DNA of 64,000 bases, from NCBI GenBank assembly GCA_964016885.1, contig OZ024740.1, forward strand, positions 59,644,001 through 59,708,000. Reading direction: 5' to 3'. Source of the DNA: Eledone cirrhosa. Taxonomy: Eukaryota. The notes beneath the pieces are model-generated. The model saw only the letters and a program-made list of their open reading frames with translations, was not told the origin of the DNA and searched no databases. This document shows positions 54,315-64,000 of this stretch, piece by piece. Within the stretch, counting starts at the first letter, position 1. Each line of letters starts with the position of its first letter. The translations under genes and the position numbers were made by a program.

Positions 54315-54600
54315 AATATCAATAATAATAAATGGGAACAAAGAATCAATATTGCATCATATACATATTTAATTACATATTACTTATGTTTCCCTGCCGA
54401 TCAGCTCGAGGTACGATCGAATTATGTTTGTTCCTGACTCTGGAATCGGAAGCTCCTCAGATATGTGTTCTCATATGTAGACTCATGTCGAAATAATTCG
54501 ATCATTCCTTGAACTAATCACCAGTGAAACATATGTAATATGTAATTAAATATGTATATGATGCAAAACTGATTCTTTATTCCCTATTTAATATTATTAT
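54315..54600. mobile_element. Penelope-like remnant: ~80-bp imperfect inverted repeats around a hammerhead motif
   Basis: 54315-54396 versus the reverse complement of 54522-54600 (ttgcatcatatacatatttaattacatattac.tatgtttc.ctg). Confidence 0.65.
54375..54466 (-). ncRNA. type-I hammerhead ribozyme motif with extended stem II
   Basis: ACAUAU-CUGAGGA-GCUUCCGAU...(43 nt)...AUCGGCAGG-GAA-ACAUAAGU-A-AUAUGU. Stem I is a perfect 6 bp; stem III is the palindrome ACAUAUGU in the second IR arm. Confidence 0.6.
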
Positions 54601-54634
54601 CATTATTATTATTATTATTTTTATTTTATTTCAT

Positions 54635-55583
54635 TATTGTTTCTGAGATATATGCCGAGTGTCTTCCTGACACCTAGGGCAAATAAATTCACAGTGTGCA
54701 TTGGTAAGCCAGTTAATACAGCACATTGATTATAATAAAAAAAAAAAACAGTATACATATATACACATGTGCATATGCATATGTAAATACAAGGAGGGAT
54801 ATCAATCGTACAGAGATAGTGCTCTTCTCAATACGTGTGCAGTACCAGTCAAAACAATTTTTTGCACCTCGTGCAGAGAGGGTAAACCAGGAATCATTCG
54901 CAAATATTGTTCTGTTCCTTTCTTGATCATACCCAGTCCTCCCACAATCACTGGTATTGTAACGGCCTTGAGGTGCCACATTTTCTCAATTTCAATAAGC
55001 AGATCTTTATATTTTCGTAGCTTGTCAAATTCTTTTGCCGCGATATTGTGATTACATGGGATGCTCATATCTATCAATAAACAGACCTTGTTATGTTGAT
55101 CTTTTACAATGATGTCAGGTCTATTTGCTTTTATGGTCCTGTCAGTATGTACAGGAAAGTCCCAGAGAATTGTTACTTTTTCTCCTTCAGTTACAGCCTC
55201 ATGGTGATGATTGTACCACTTGTTTTCAGCTTTGATTTTGTAATACTGACATATTATCCAGTATAGATATTGGCCAACTCTGTCATGTCTATATTTGTAT
55301 TCTACTGGTGCTAAAACTTTACATCCAGAGACTAAGTGATCCACTGTTTCAACCTCAGCATTGCAGAATCGGCACTTTGGGTTCATTCCGTTTCTCATCA
55401 CATTGGCCTGGTAATTACGAGTCAATAAGCTTTGATCTTAGGCAGCTAAGATGAAGCCTTCACTCTCCGCCTTTAGCCCTGAACTACGTAGCCACTGATG
55501 GATGTGCTTTTGGTCAACATCAGCTTGTTTGCTACGGGCTACATATTTGCCATGCAGAGGTTTCTGCTCCCAATTTGATGCTA
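54635..55583 (-). mobile_element. 5'-truncated R4/Dong-like element (CCHC finger + RLE) with (TAA)n-type ends
   Basis: CRFCNAEVETVDHLVSGC, RHDRV, RPDIIVKD...LIDMS..K..KY.DL; one stop near 55438; ATT tracts at both ends. Confidence 0.9.
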
Positions 55584-55810
55584 ATTATTATTATTATTAT
55601 TATTGGTCTAAGCGGACGTATTTTGATCGCTCACAGTAAGTCGCTTTATTTGCCTGTTAAAATTATTTGTTGTTAAATATTTCTTGTTGTGTAAGGGATA
55701 TAAGCCCTTAGACTTTGCTCCGTGAAAGGGAAAGTATAATATTTGGGCCTTTTTGCCCAAATATTTGAACTTTTATTACATGTTAAAAAATTTACGAAGA
55801 AAAAAAAAAC

Positions 55811-57756
55811 ATGGCTGAGCCACGCCCCCCAGCGATATGTCGGCTGTCGTGCCACAACGACGTAGAAGTTGAGAGGAGCGCTACAGCGAAATTAACACAC
55901 ATTGATAACACAAACACCACCACAAACAAGGTAAACAAAGACACCAATGATACCAATAAGAACTCTAATTTTGAAAAAAATGACAGTAACAGCGACAACG
56001 AAATTACAGATAACAAAAAAAAAAATAACAAATACAACAACAATATCAACACCACTAACATGAAAACAAATAGCGACAACACCAACAGCAACAATACCAA
56101 CTGCACCGAGAACAACGGTGGCAACAAAGACAACAATGATAACAGCGACAGTGCTAACAACAACACCAACAAGAACAACGACAACAACACCCCCAACGAA
56201 AACAAGACCACTTTCGCTGCGGCAGCAGCAAAAAAGAGGCCATGCTTCAACATGGACCTCTCAAACAAAGATGAAAAGTTGGCCCAGGCATGGAAGCTCA
56301 TCAAGCAAGAGCAAACCTGGGCCAACTTAACTGTCCCAGTAGAAGCTATTGAGGCAGTGGAGCGCAGAACGGTGCATTATAGATGCATCTCAGCACAAAC
56401 CAAAAGGGCAGCTTTAATCCCACAAGAAGATGTCGAAGTCGCGCTGAGGTGCATCAGAGAAGACACCCAGTACATAGAGAGGGGCAGACAGTACGGCACC
56501 ATTTCGGTGTTGTTCAAGTCAGAAGCCCTCGCTATGAAACACGCTATGACTCCTTGCAAAACCAGCAAGGTCATAATGTACCCCTCCCACATGGGAAAAA
56601 GAACGGCCCGTTGCCGCATTCCCAGAATCCCACCAGGACTTGACATGTGGTGGCTTCTGGGATGTGTGATTGTGGAGGGGATGGATACAGTCCCTATAGA
56701 AGTGACCAGAACGGCCAGAGAGGACTGGTCCGGGGTTGACCTGAAGATCCTTCTCCAGATCAGGCCCGAGAATGTGAAGACAATCCCAGACCACATCCGC
56801 CTTCAGAATGGGACGGTCATTCACATTATGACCGAAGGCAAAAGGCCGCAGTGTTTTGTTTATGGGGAAAAAACCCATTTGCGAGCCTTCTGCCCTCAAC
56901 TGCTGAAAGAGGCAAGGGGTCAAAAGGTTCCACTGCTGCCGATGCCGGGGCGAGGACCACAACCAACACCTGCACCGGCAAAACCACCAATAACAACACC
57001 AATAGAAAGACCACCACCAACATTGACCACCCAGGGGGGAAACGAGGAATGCTGTCAAATTCCCCCCCCCCCCCCCCCCCAAAAAAAAATACACACACCA
57101 ATAAAACCTTAAACATGCATACAGACACACTTACAGACACAGACCCCTCACCTACCTGTAGTGAAAATGAGGGAAATCCCAAATCCCCCAAAATACAAAA
57201 AAGGAAACACAAAAAGAAAAAAAAAACTCAACAAAGCACAAAAGCACCCACAATAAAAATGCAGACACCACCCACGCAAACATCTCTCCAATAACACCAA
57301 CATCAACACCACCATCACCATCACCAGAATCCCCCAAACGCAAACAACCGAAACAGACGCAAGAACAAATATACACACAAACATCTGAAACCACAGACAC
57401 CAAAAACATCACCACCACAGCCACGCAAACAAATAAAATCACACCAACAAAACATTCAAAACTTCGTGCTCGTCAGGAGGGCCAACAAGGAACTGATGGC
57501 CCTTGTAGCACGAAGTGAAAATATACAAAAAGAGGGGGAAATTTTTAAATCGAGCACATTTCGCGTGCCGGAAGATTTGGTTCTGATGCGAATGTCGCTC
57601 GACATATTCAAAGAAATACGAGACAGCTTTCCTCAGGACGTAGGAACCCTGAACGTAAAACCCACTTCAAGACTTTTAAAGGGGTTCCCAAAAGAAACCC
57701 CACTAACTATGGAGGTCGAACAACGCGACCTTCACAAGAGCCCGGAAGGTAAGTAA
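55811..57756 (+). pseudogene. ORF1 (gag-like nucleic-acid chaperone) of the Tx1/L1 element, frameshifted around the poly-C at ~57062 and downstream
   Basis: 433-aa ORF from ATG 55811 with an Asn/Thr-rich N-terminus and CFVYGEKTHLRAFC (CX2CX4HX4C with C>Y); continues in shifted frames to ~57756. Confidence 0.75.
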
Positions 57757-57787
57757 ACCTTCCTCTCTCTCTGTTTAACCTGCCAAC

Positions 57788-60700
57788 ATGGCCGTATTAA
57801 GAGTAGGTTGTTTAAATGTTCGAGGCTTGGGATAATCCTGGAAGCAGGGTCACCTGCTCAATGACCTCAGGTCTCTAGAAATGGATGTAATTGCCGTCAG
57901 CAAGACCAGGATTTCCGACATGCGCGCACTAGCCCCCATTTTCGACGACTATCAGATCTTTGCATCTGTTAGCCGGCCGGGAATGGGAGGCGGGGTGGCA
58001 GTGCTGTTTAGGAAAGGCCTGGATCTCGAGGTAAGGTCCGTCTTCCGGGACCCGGACGGGAAGTTGGTGGTCCTGGACGTGAACAATAATGAAGGTGGTG
58101 CCTTTAGACTGGTGGCCGTCAATGCTCCTACTGGGGCAGGACGGTCGGACTTCTTTAGACACCTGGAAGCCTTTCTGGGTACGTCTCACCCTTTACTGTT
58201 AGCGGGGGACTGGAACGGCATCTTAGACGCACGCTGGGACTGTGTGGGAGTATCCGATAGGAGCGGGGGTGCAAAAGCCTCAAGAACCTGATCAGCCAGT
58301 TCCAACTGTCTGACAGGTACCGACTAGATTTCCCTAATGCGCCAGTGTGGACCTGGGCTAACCGCATAGGGTCATCTAGATCGTATATAGACAGGATATT
58401 CATTAGGAAAATAGACAGAAATAGTGTAAGCTGTACACGTTTTGAAACGGTCGCCTATTCAGATCACAAGTTTGTGATCTGTATGGTCGACCTAGATAAG
58501 ACGCGTAGGTTAGGACCTGGTTACTGGAAGCTAAACATGTCATTTACGGCACGTAAGGCTTACAGGGACCAGGTCAACAATTTAGTTAAGACAAAGTTGA
58601 CAGGGGGAGTCGTCAACAATAGATGGTGGGGGGCTCTCAAAAGAGAGATTAGAGTAATGTCGATAGAGTTTAGCAAAGAAGTAGCATCAGAGAAAAATAG
58701 AAAGGAGGGGGAGTTGGTAGATAAGTTAGACGAGGCTATTGGTAGTGGCATTGTAACTGATAGGCTAGCGGCGAGAATGGCATTAGACCATTTCTTCAAT
58801 GCGAAACACGAAGGTTGCATTGTCAGAGGTAAAGCGCGTGTTCTGAGAAACGAGGGAACCAAAGCTGTTTGATGGGCCCGCGTGGCAGAGGCGCAGCGTG
58901 GTAATAAAACCACGATTCGGTCTTTGACGGACCGAGACGGGCACGAGCTGAGCGATTCCAAGAGGATGTGTGAGGCCTTTCGCCAACATTTTGCTCGGTT
59001 GTTCGGGGGAAGTGGCAGGTCAGAGATGGTGGCGGACTTCAGTCCCTACCTCGATGGCTTGTCGCAACTCTCGACGGCTGATGCTGGGCGCTGCGAAAGG
59101 CCAATTACTTCAGCCGAGATTCAGGATGCCCTTGTAGGCTGCATGAGGCGCAAGTCACCCGGTTTGGATGGTCTGCCCTACGAGCTTTACGTAAATATGT
59201 CAGACTTGTTCTCCAATCTCCTCGAAGCCCTCTACTGCAACTGGCAGCAAAACGGGAGTATTCCCAGTTCTGTGAGCCGGGGCGTAGTGACGCTGATAAA
59301 GAAAGACGAGAACAAGAGGGACACATTAGACAATTTCAGGCCCATAACTCTGCTCAACACAGAGTTTAAGATTTTGGCCAGGGTGTTAGCGAAGAGGTTG
59401 GCGCTTGTCGTCGGGGATTTGGTTGGGGAGGCGCAAACTTGCGCAATCCCAACCAGGTCCATACACGACAACCTCCACCTAATGCGATACATCATAGAGA
59501 GGGTAGGGTGTAAACCTAGCTTCGGTGGGGCTCTGATCAATTTAGATCAATCGAAAGCATTCGATAAGGTCGACCATCGGTACCTGGAGGCTGTCTTCGG
59601 CCCCGTCTTCAGAAGCTGGATCGCTGCAATGCACAGTGGCACCTGCTCGATGGTCAAAATTAACGGCCACCTCTCGGAACCGTTTCAGGTCTCCCGATCG
59701 TTCCGTTAAGGGTGCCCTCTCTCCTCCCTTCTGTACGTATTGACTCTCGAGCCTTTACTGCGGAAGCTGGAGCTGTTGCAGGGCATCCCGCATCCCGCTC
59801 CTCTTCAAATTCTTGTGGAGGGGTCAGGTTCCGCTGGTGAGGCGGTCCATCTGCTGCCAGCACCCTCTACGTGGAGGGCTGGGCATGCCATGGCTAATGA
59901 TGCGCAGGCACGCGCTGAGGCTGCGGCATCTCCAGATATTCTGCCTAAACGGTGAACAGGTGTGGTCGCCGTTTGTCAGACGGGCCTTTCCGCAGCTCGT
60001 TTCTTTGACTGAGTTGCAGTCCTGGGTCAAGAAGAGACCGAGACTGGGTGACTGGCATCTGGAATGTTGCCAGGCACTCACTGCTCTCTACCAGGCAGGC
60101 AATGCGGTTAATGGAACTTCCACTCTCAAGTTCTATAGAGGATTAGTGGTGGGCAAGTGCGACGACGCACTCGGAGAGGCTCTGGGAGTCAACTAAGTCG
60201 AACTACCCAGTCTGTACCGGAGGACTTTCGAGCCGGGGACGATGGATAATTTCAAAAAATCCCTCGCTTGCAGTGCTACCGGGGGGAACTGCCGGTTCGA
60301 GATAAATTCTACAGGCACGGAAGTGCTGTCAGACGGACCTGCCCGAGATGCGCGCAGAGCGACGAAACCGTTCTGCACGCAGTCGTCCAGTGTCCGTGCA
60401 TTACTGACTTGTGGAGTTATGTTGAACAGCTGTTGTCGCGTGTAGAACGGATCCGGCTATTGGCCGAGTCCATAGTGAAGATCGACCCGCCGCCTTCTTT
60501 TGGCCAGGAAGGGCAGGCAATTTTCCTCTGTCTGGTGGCAGTAGCGAAAGAGGTTGTATGGTGGACGAGGTTGAAAGGACTGAAGACAGACACTTTTCTC
60601 TTCGGCCAATCCCTCATCAATTTTTCAAGTTTCACTTGGAAAGGAAGGTGAGGGTGGAGAGAGAAGTGCTGCCCCCCGGTACATTTTCTGAAAGGTGGCT

Positions 60701-61676
60701 GAATGTGGCGAGAATCCCCGTGTGAGTGGGCCTACTCTCACCAAAATGGAGCGCTTCCTCTTTCGTTTTTTGTGGAAGGGACGTGCTCCCATGGTCAGAC
60801 GATCCATCTGCTGTGCTGTCAACACCCGTTGCGTGGAGGACTGGGCATGCCATGGCTGATGATGCGCAAACATGCCCTGAGGCTGCGACATCTCTGATGC
60901 TCCCTTGACGGTGAACAGGTGTGGTTACTGTTCGCCAAGCACGTTTTCCCACAGCTCGTCTCCTTGACGGAGCTGCAGTCCTGGGTCAGGAAAAGACCGA
61001 GGGATAGCGCTTGGAAACTGGAATGTCTCCAGGCACTCACTGCCCTCTGCCAGCTAGGCACCAGTATCGGTGGAACATCCACCTCGGCGTTCTATAGAGG
61101 AATAGTGGAGGAGAAGAGCGACGACATTCTCGGAGAGATCCTGGGCGTCGAAGAAGATCAACTGTTTGCTCTCTTCCGGAGAACTTTCAGCCCAGGGCCT
61201 ATGGATAAATTCCAAAAATCCCTGGCCTGGCAGTGCTACCGGGGAGCGTTGCCGGTTCGAGATAAGCTCTACAGGCATGGAAGTGCCGTCAGCCAAGCCT
61301 GTCCAAGATGTGCACAGAGTGACAAAACCGTTGTGACTTGTGGAGCTATGTCGAACAGTTGCTGTCGCATGTAGGACTGATCCGGTTATCGACTGAGTCC
61401 ATTGTCTTGCCGTCTTCCTTCGAGGAGGAAGGGCAGGCGGTTTTCATCTGCCTGGTGCCCATGGCGAAAGAGATTGTGTGGTGGACAAGGTTGAAAGGGT
61501 TAAAGACAGATACTTTCCTCTTTGGCGAATCCCTAATTAACTTTTTCAAGTTTCACTTGAAGAGGAAAATCAGGGTGGAGAGGCAAGTGCTGCCTTCTAG
61601 CAAGTTTGTTGAAAGGTGGGTGAATGTAGCAAGAATGGTCCGAGTTAACGGGACCGCTCTGAATATACCCCTGTAG
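57788..61676 (+). pseudogene. ORF2 (APE endonuclease + reverse transcriptase + C-terminal zinc finger), disrupted
   Basis: ATG 57788 gives MAVLRVGCLNVRGLG*. Multiple stops; YADD region missing near 59790; C-terminal region present twice. Confidence 0.85.
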
Positions 61677-61888
61677 TTTGAGAAATGGAAAAATTGAGAG
61701 AGTGCGCTTGCCCTGGTGGTCAGAGTGGCCGTGGTCTTTTGTGTGGTTTTTGCCACGAGTAACCCTCGGAGGTTTCCCCCTATTGGGGAATTTTTCATTG
61801 TTTCAGTTTTCATTTTTATTGCTTATATATATATATGTTTTTATAAATTCGCAGTATGCATTGGTAAGCCAGTTAATACAGCACATTG

Positions 61889-61949
<61 letters not shown>
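61889..61949. repeat. (ATT)n microsatellite between the Tx1 3' end and the R4-like 3' end
   Basis: Directly visible. Confidence 0.97.
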
Positions 61950-61950
<1 letters not shown>

Positions 61951-62094
61951 AGCTGCATTTATCTTGCTTTATGTTCATACGAGTTATCACCAAGTCACAA
62001 CCAGTGACCTCAAGAGACAACAAGGTCCGCCATGTTCAAGAAAGAACATACATACTCACACATGCATCTTTAGGTGTTTAGACTTGTGATGTAC

Positions 62095-64000
62095 TCATAT
62101 TGACAGAATCTTCCTTAGTATATGGGCAGTTCCCATTAGTACTATCTTTGGTATTTCTCCTATACGCAGGTTTCCTGGGATTTGCGATAAGTAATCATTA
62201 GACCCCTTAGGTATCATTCCTAGAGCGCCTACAACCACTGGTATTGTTTTAGTTCTCAATTTCCACATTTTTCCAATTTCTATCTCCAGGTCCTTATACT
62301 TGCTCAATTTTTCAAATGTTTTTATAGATACATTCTTGTCTATTGGAACGGACATATCAATTAGCAGGCATACCCTCTTTTTAAAGTCCTTCAATATTAT
62401 ATCAGGTCTATTTGCATCTATTTTTCGGTCTGTTTGGATGCTAAAGTTCCACAAGATTGAGATGTGATCTTTTTCAAGTATGGGAGGTGGTTGATGCTCC
62501 CACCAATTCTTTTGATGGGGCAGGTCAAAATGCTTACACATTATCCAATGTATGTATTGTGCAGCTCTGTCATGCCTGTTTAGGTATTCGGTTGGAGCTA
62601 TAGGACTGCACATTGAAATTATATGGTCAATGGTCTCTGGTTGATTTTTACATACACGGCATAATGGGCTGCATCCATTTTTTATTATGTTGGCTTGGTA
62701 ATTTTTTGTTGGCAGACACTGATCTTGTGCTGATATAATCAGTCCTTCAGTCTCCGATTTCAGTCCAGAGGATGCCAACCACTGATGGGTTAAAGTTTTG
62801 TCAACATCAGGATTGTTAGCTCGTTCTGGGTATTTTCCATACAGAAGCTTTTCTTGCCATTTCTTAGCCAGTTTCTGTAACAGTTCTTTCTTTGCAGTTA
62901 CTTTTACCTGCTTTGCTTTTTCTGTGTTTTCCATTTCAGCAGTAAATGGGACTTCTGAAATGTGTAGTCCATTACTGTATCTTTGTGCATCTTTTGTAAT
63001 GGAGTATGATCTTTTGATGCTTTCGTGTTTCAAAACGAGTTTGATCATCCAATCATGTGATTCCCTTAGATATGTAGATAATCCAATTGTTGCAGTTTTC
63101 AACGCAATGTCTAACTGGATTAACCCACATCCTCCTTCTTTCCTAGGGAGATATATTCTATCTGTATCTGCCTTAGGGTGATGCATTCTGTGCATGGTTA
63201 AGAATTTTCGAATTTTTGTATCGAGCCTACGGATCTCTGTGCTTGACCAGTTGATGACATTGTAACTGTAGGTTACTACTGGTATGGCAAGCGTGTTTAT
63301 AGCATCGATCCTATTCCTTGCATTCAATTCCGTTCTTAAGATTGCTCTTACTCTGCGGTAACATTCCTTCCTTATCCTTTCCCTCATTGTCGAGTGCTTG
63401 ATTCCGTCTCCTTCACAAACACCTAGATATTTGTAAGTTTCCTCTTGATCAAGTTCTCTTATCACATTCCCCCGATCAAGATTAATGTCTGAACTTTTCA
63501 GCAGCTTTCCTCTGGTGAACGTTGCTTTGGCGCATTTATCTAGTCCAAACTCCATTTTAATGTCATCACTGAACTGCTCCACAGTGGATAACAGCCCTTG
63601 CAATTGTTCATCATTTTTTGCAAATAGTTTCAGGTCATCCATGTAGAACAAGTGATTAATGGTTTTGTCATAGACTTTATATCCATGTTTTGTTTCATTG
63701 AGCATTTTACTTAATGGTATAAGTGCGATGCAGAATAAAAACGGTGATAAAGAGTCACCCTGAAAAATTCCACAATTAATATTAACTTCTCCAGCTTCCA
63801 GTGATTTTGTTTCACTATTCAAAAGGAGTGTCGTTTTCCATGTCTTCATACTGAATGACAAAAACCTCCTGACAACGGGAGATATTTTGAAAATCTCTAA
63901 ACATTTTTCAATCCAACTGTGTGGCAAACTATCGAATGATTTTTTATAATCTATCCAAGCAATTGATAGATTTTTGTGTCTATTATGACAATCTTCCAGT
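62095..64000 (-). CDS. R4/Dong-like non-LTR retrotransposon ORF (RT + CCHC finger + restriction-like endonuclease), open to the window edge
   Basis: >630 uninterrupted codons: WIDYKKSFDSLPH, GIFQGDSLSP, HLFYMDDLK, YKYLG, CRVC...ETIDH..C, RPD...D...K..KY. 3' UTR 61950-62094 ends in (TAA)n. Confidence 0.92.
   Translation of the reverse strand, partial: LEDCHNRHKNLSIAWIDYKKSFDSLPHSWIEKCLEIFKISPVVRRFLSFSMKTWKTTLLLNSETKSLEAGEVNINCGIFQGDSLSPFLFCIALIPLSKMLNETKHGYKVYDKTINHLFYMDDLKLFAKNDEQLQGLLSTVEQFSDDIKMEFGLDKCAKATFTRGKLLKSSDINLDRGNVIRELDQEETYKYLGVCEGDGIKHSTMRERIRKECYRRVRAILRTELNARNRIDAINTLAIPVVTYSYNVINWSSTEIRRLDTKIRKFLTMHRMHHPKADTDRIYLPRKEGGCGLIQLDIALKTATIGLSTYLRESHDWMIKLVLKHESIKRSYSITKDAQRYSNGLHISEVPFTAEMENTEKAKQVKVTAKKELLQKLAKKWQEKLLYGKYPERANNPDVDKTLTHQWLASSGLKSETEGLIISAQDQCLPTKNYQANIIKNGCSPLCRVCKNQPETIDHIISMCSPIAPTEYLNRHDRAAQYIHWIMCKHFDLPHQKNWWEHQPPPILEKDHISILWNFSIQTDRKIDANRPDIILKDFKKRVCLLIDMSVPIDKNVSIKTFEKLSKYKDLEIEIGKMWKLRTKTIPVVVGALGMIPKGSNDYLSQIPGNLRIGEIPKIVLMGTAHILRKILSI

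Larger units (their letters stand above)
55605..61890 (+). mobile_element. Tx1/L1-clade LINE with ORF1 and a disrupted ORF2, inserted in an (ATT)n tract
   Basis: ORF1 with a degenerate zinc knuckle; ORF2 with APE (LNVRGL, NAP, GDWN, IDRIF, SDH), RT (KSPGLDGLP.E.Y, FRPITLLN.EFKILA, LDQSKAFDKVDH, GCPLS.LL) and C-terminal CPRC...H...C. Confidence 0.92.

Noticed and set aside
55792-57442. Hydrophobic minus-strand ORFs
   Set aside because: Antisense shadows of the A/C-rich Tx1 ORF1.

Overview
Repeat-dense, AT-rich eukaryotic (animal) genomic DNA with no recognisable host protein-coding exon. The SINE/LINE repertoire looks cephalopod/octopus-like, but that is inference. About a quarter of the window (20705-36975) is one array of ~339 copies of a 48-bp unit. 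The array sits inside the 3' UTR of an RTE-clade LINE-like element, and the same unit occurs 1 to ~5 times in the 3' regions of other RTE copies and SINEs in this window. The remainder is a mosaic of non-LTR retrotransposons: three RTE subfamilies carrying a PHD-type zinc finger inside the RT region, a Tx1/L1-like element, and R4/Dong-like restriction-endonuclease elements. There are also two tRNA-derived SINE families, piggyBac- and hAT-type MITEs, (AT)n/(ATT)n/(GT)n microsatellites, and several Penelope-like remnants. These remnants carry minimal hammerhead-ribozyme motifs and inverted repeats, including a ~609-bp near-perfect palindrome. All comparisons were made by eye; no database search was run.
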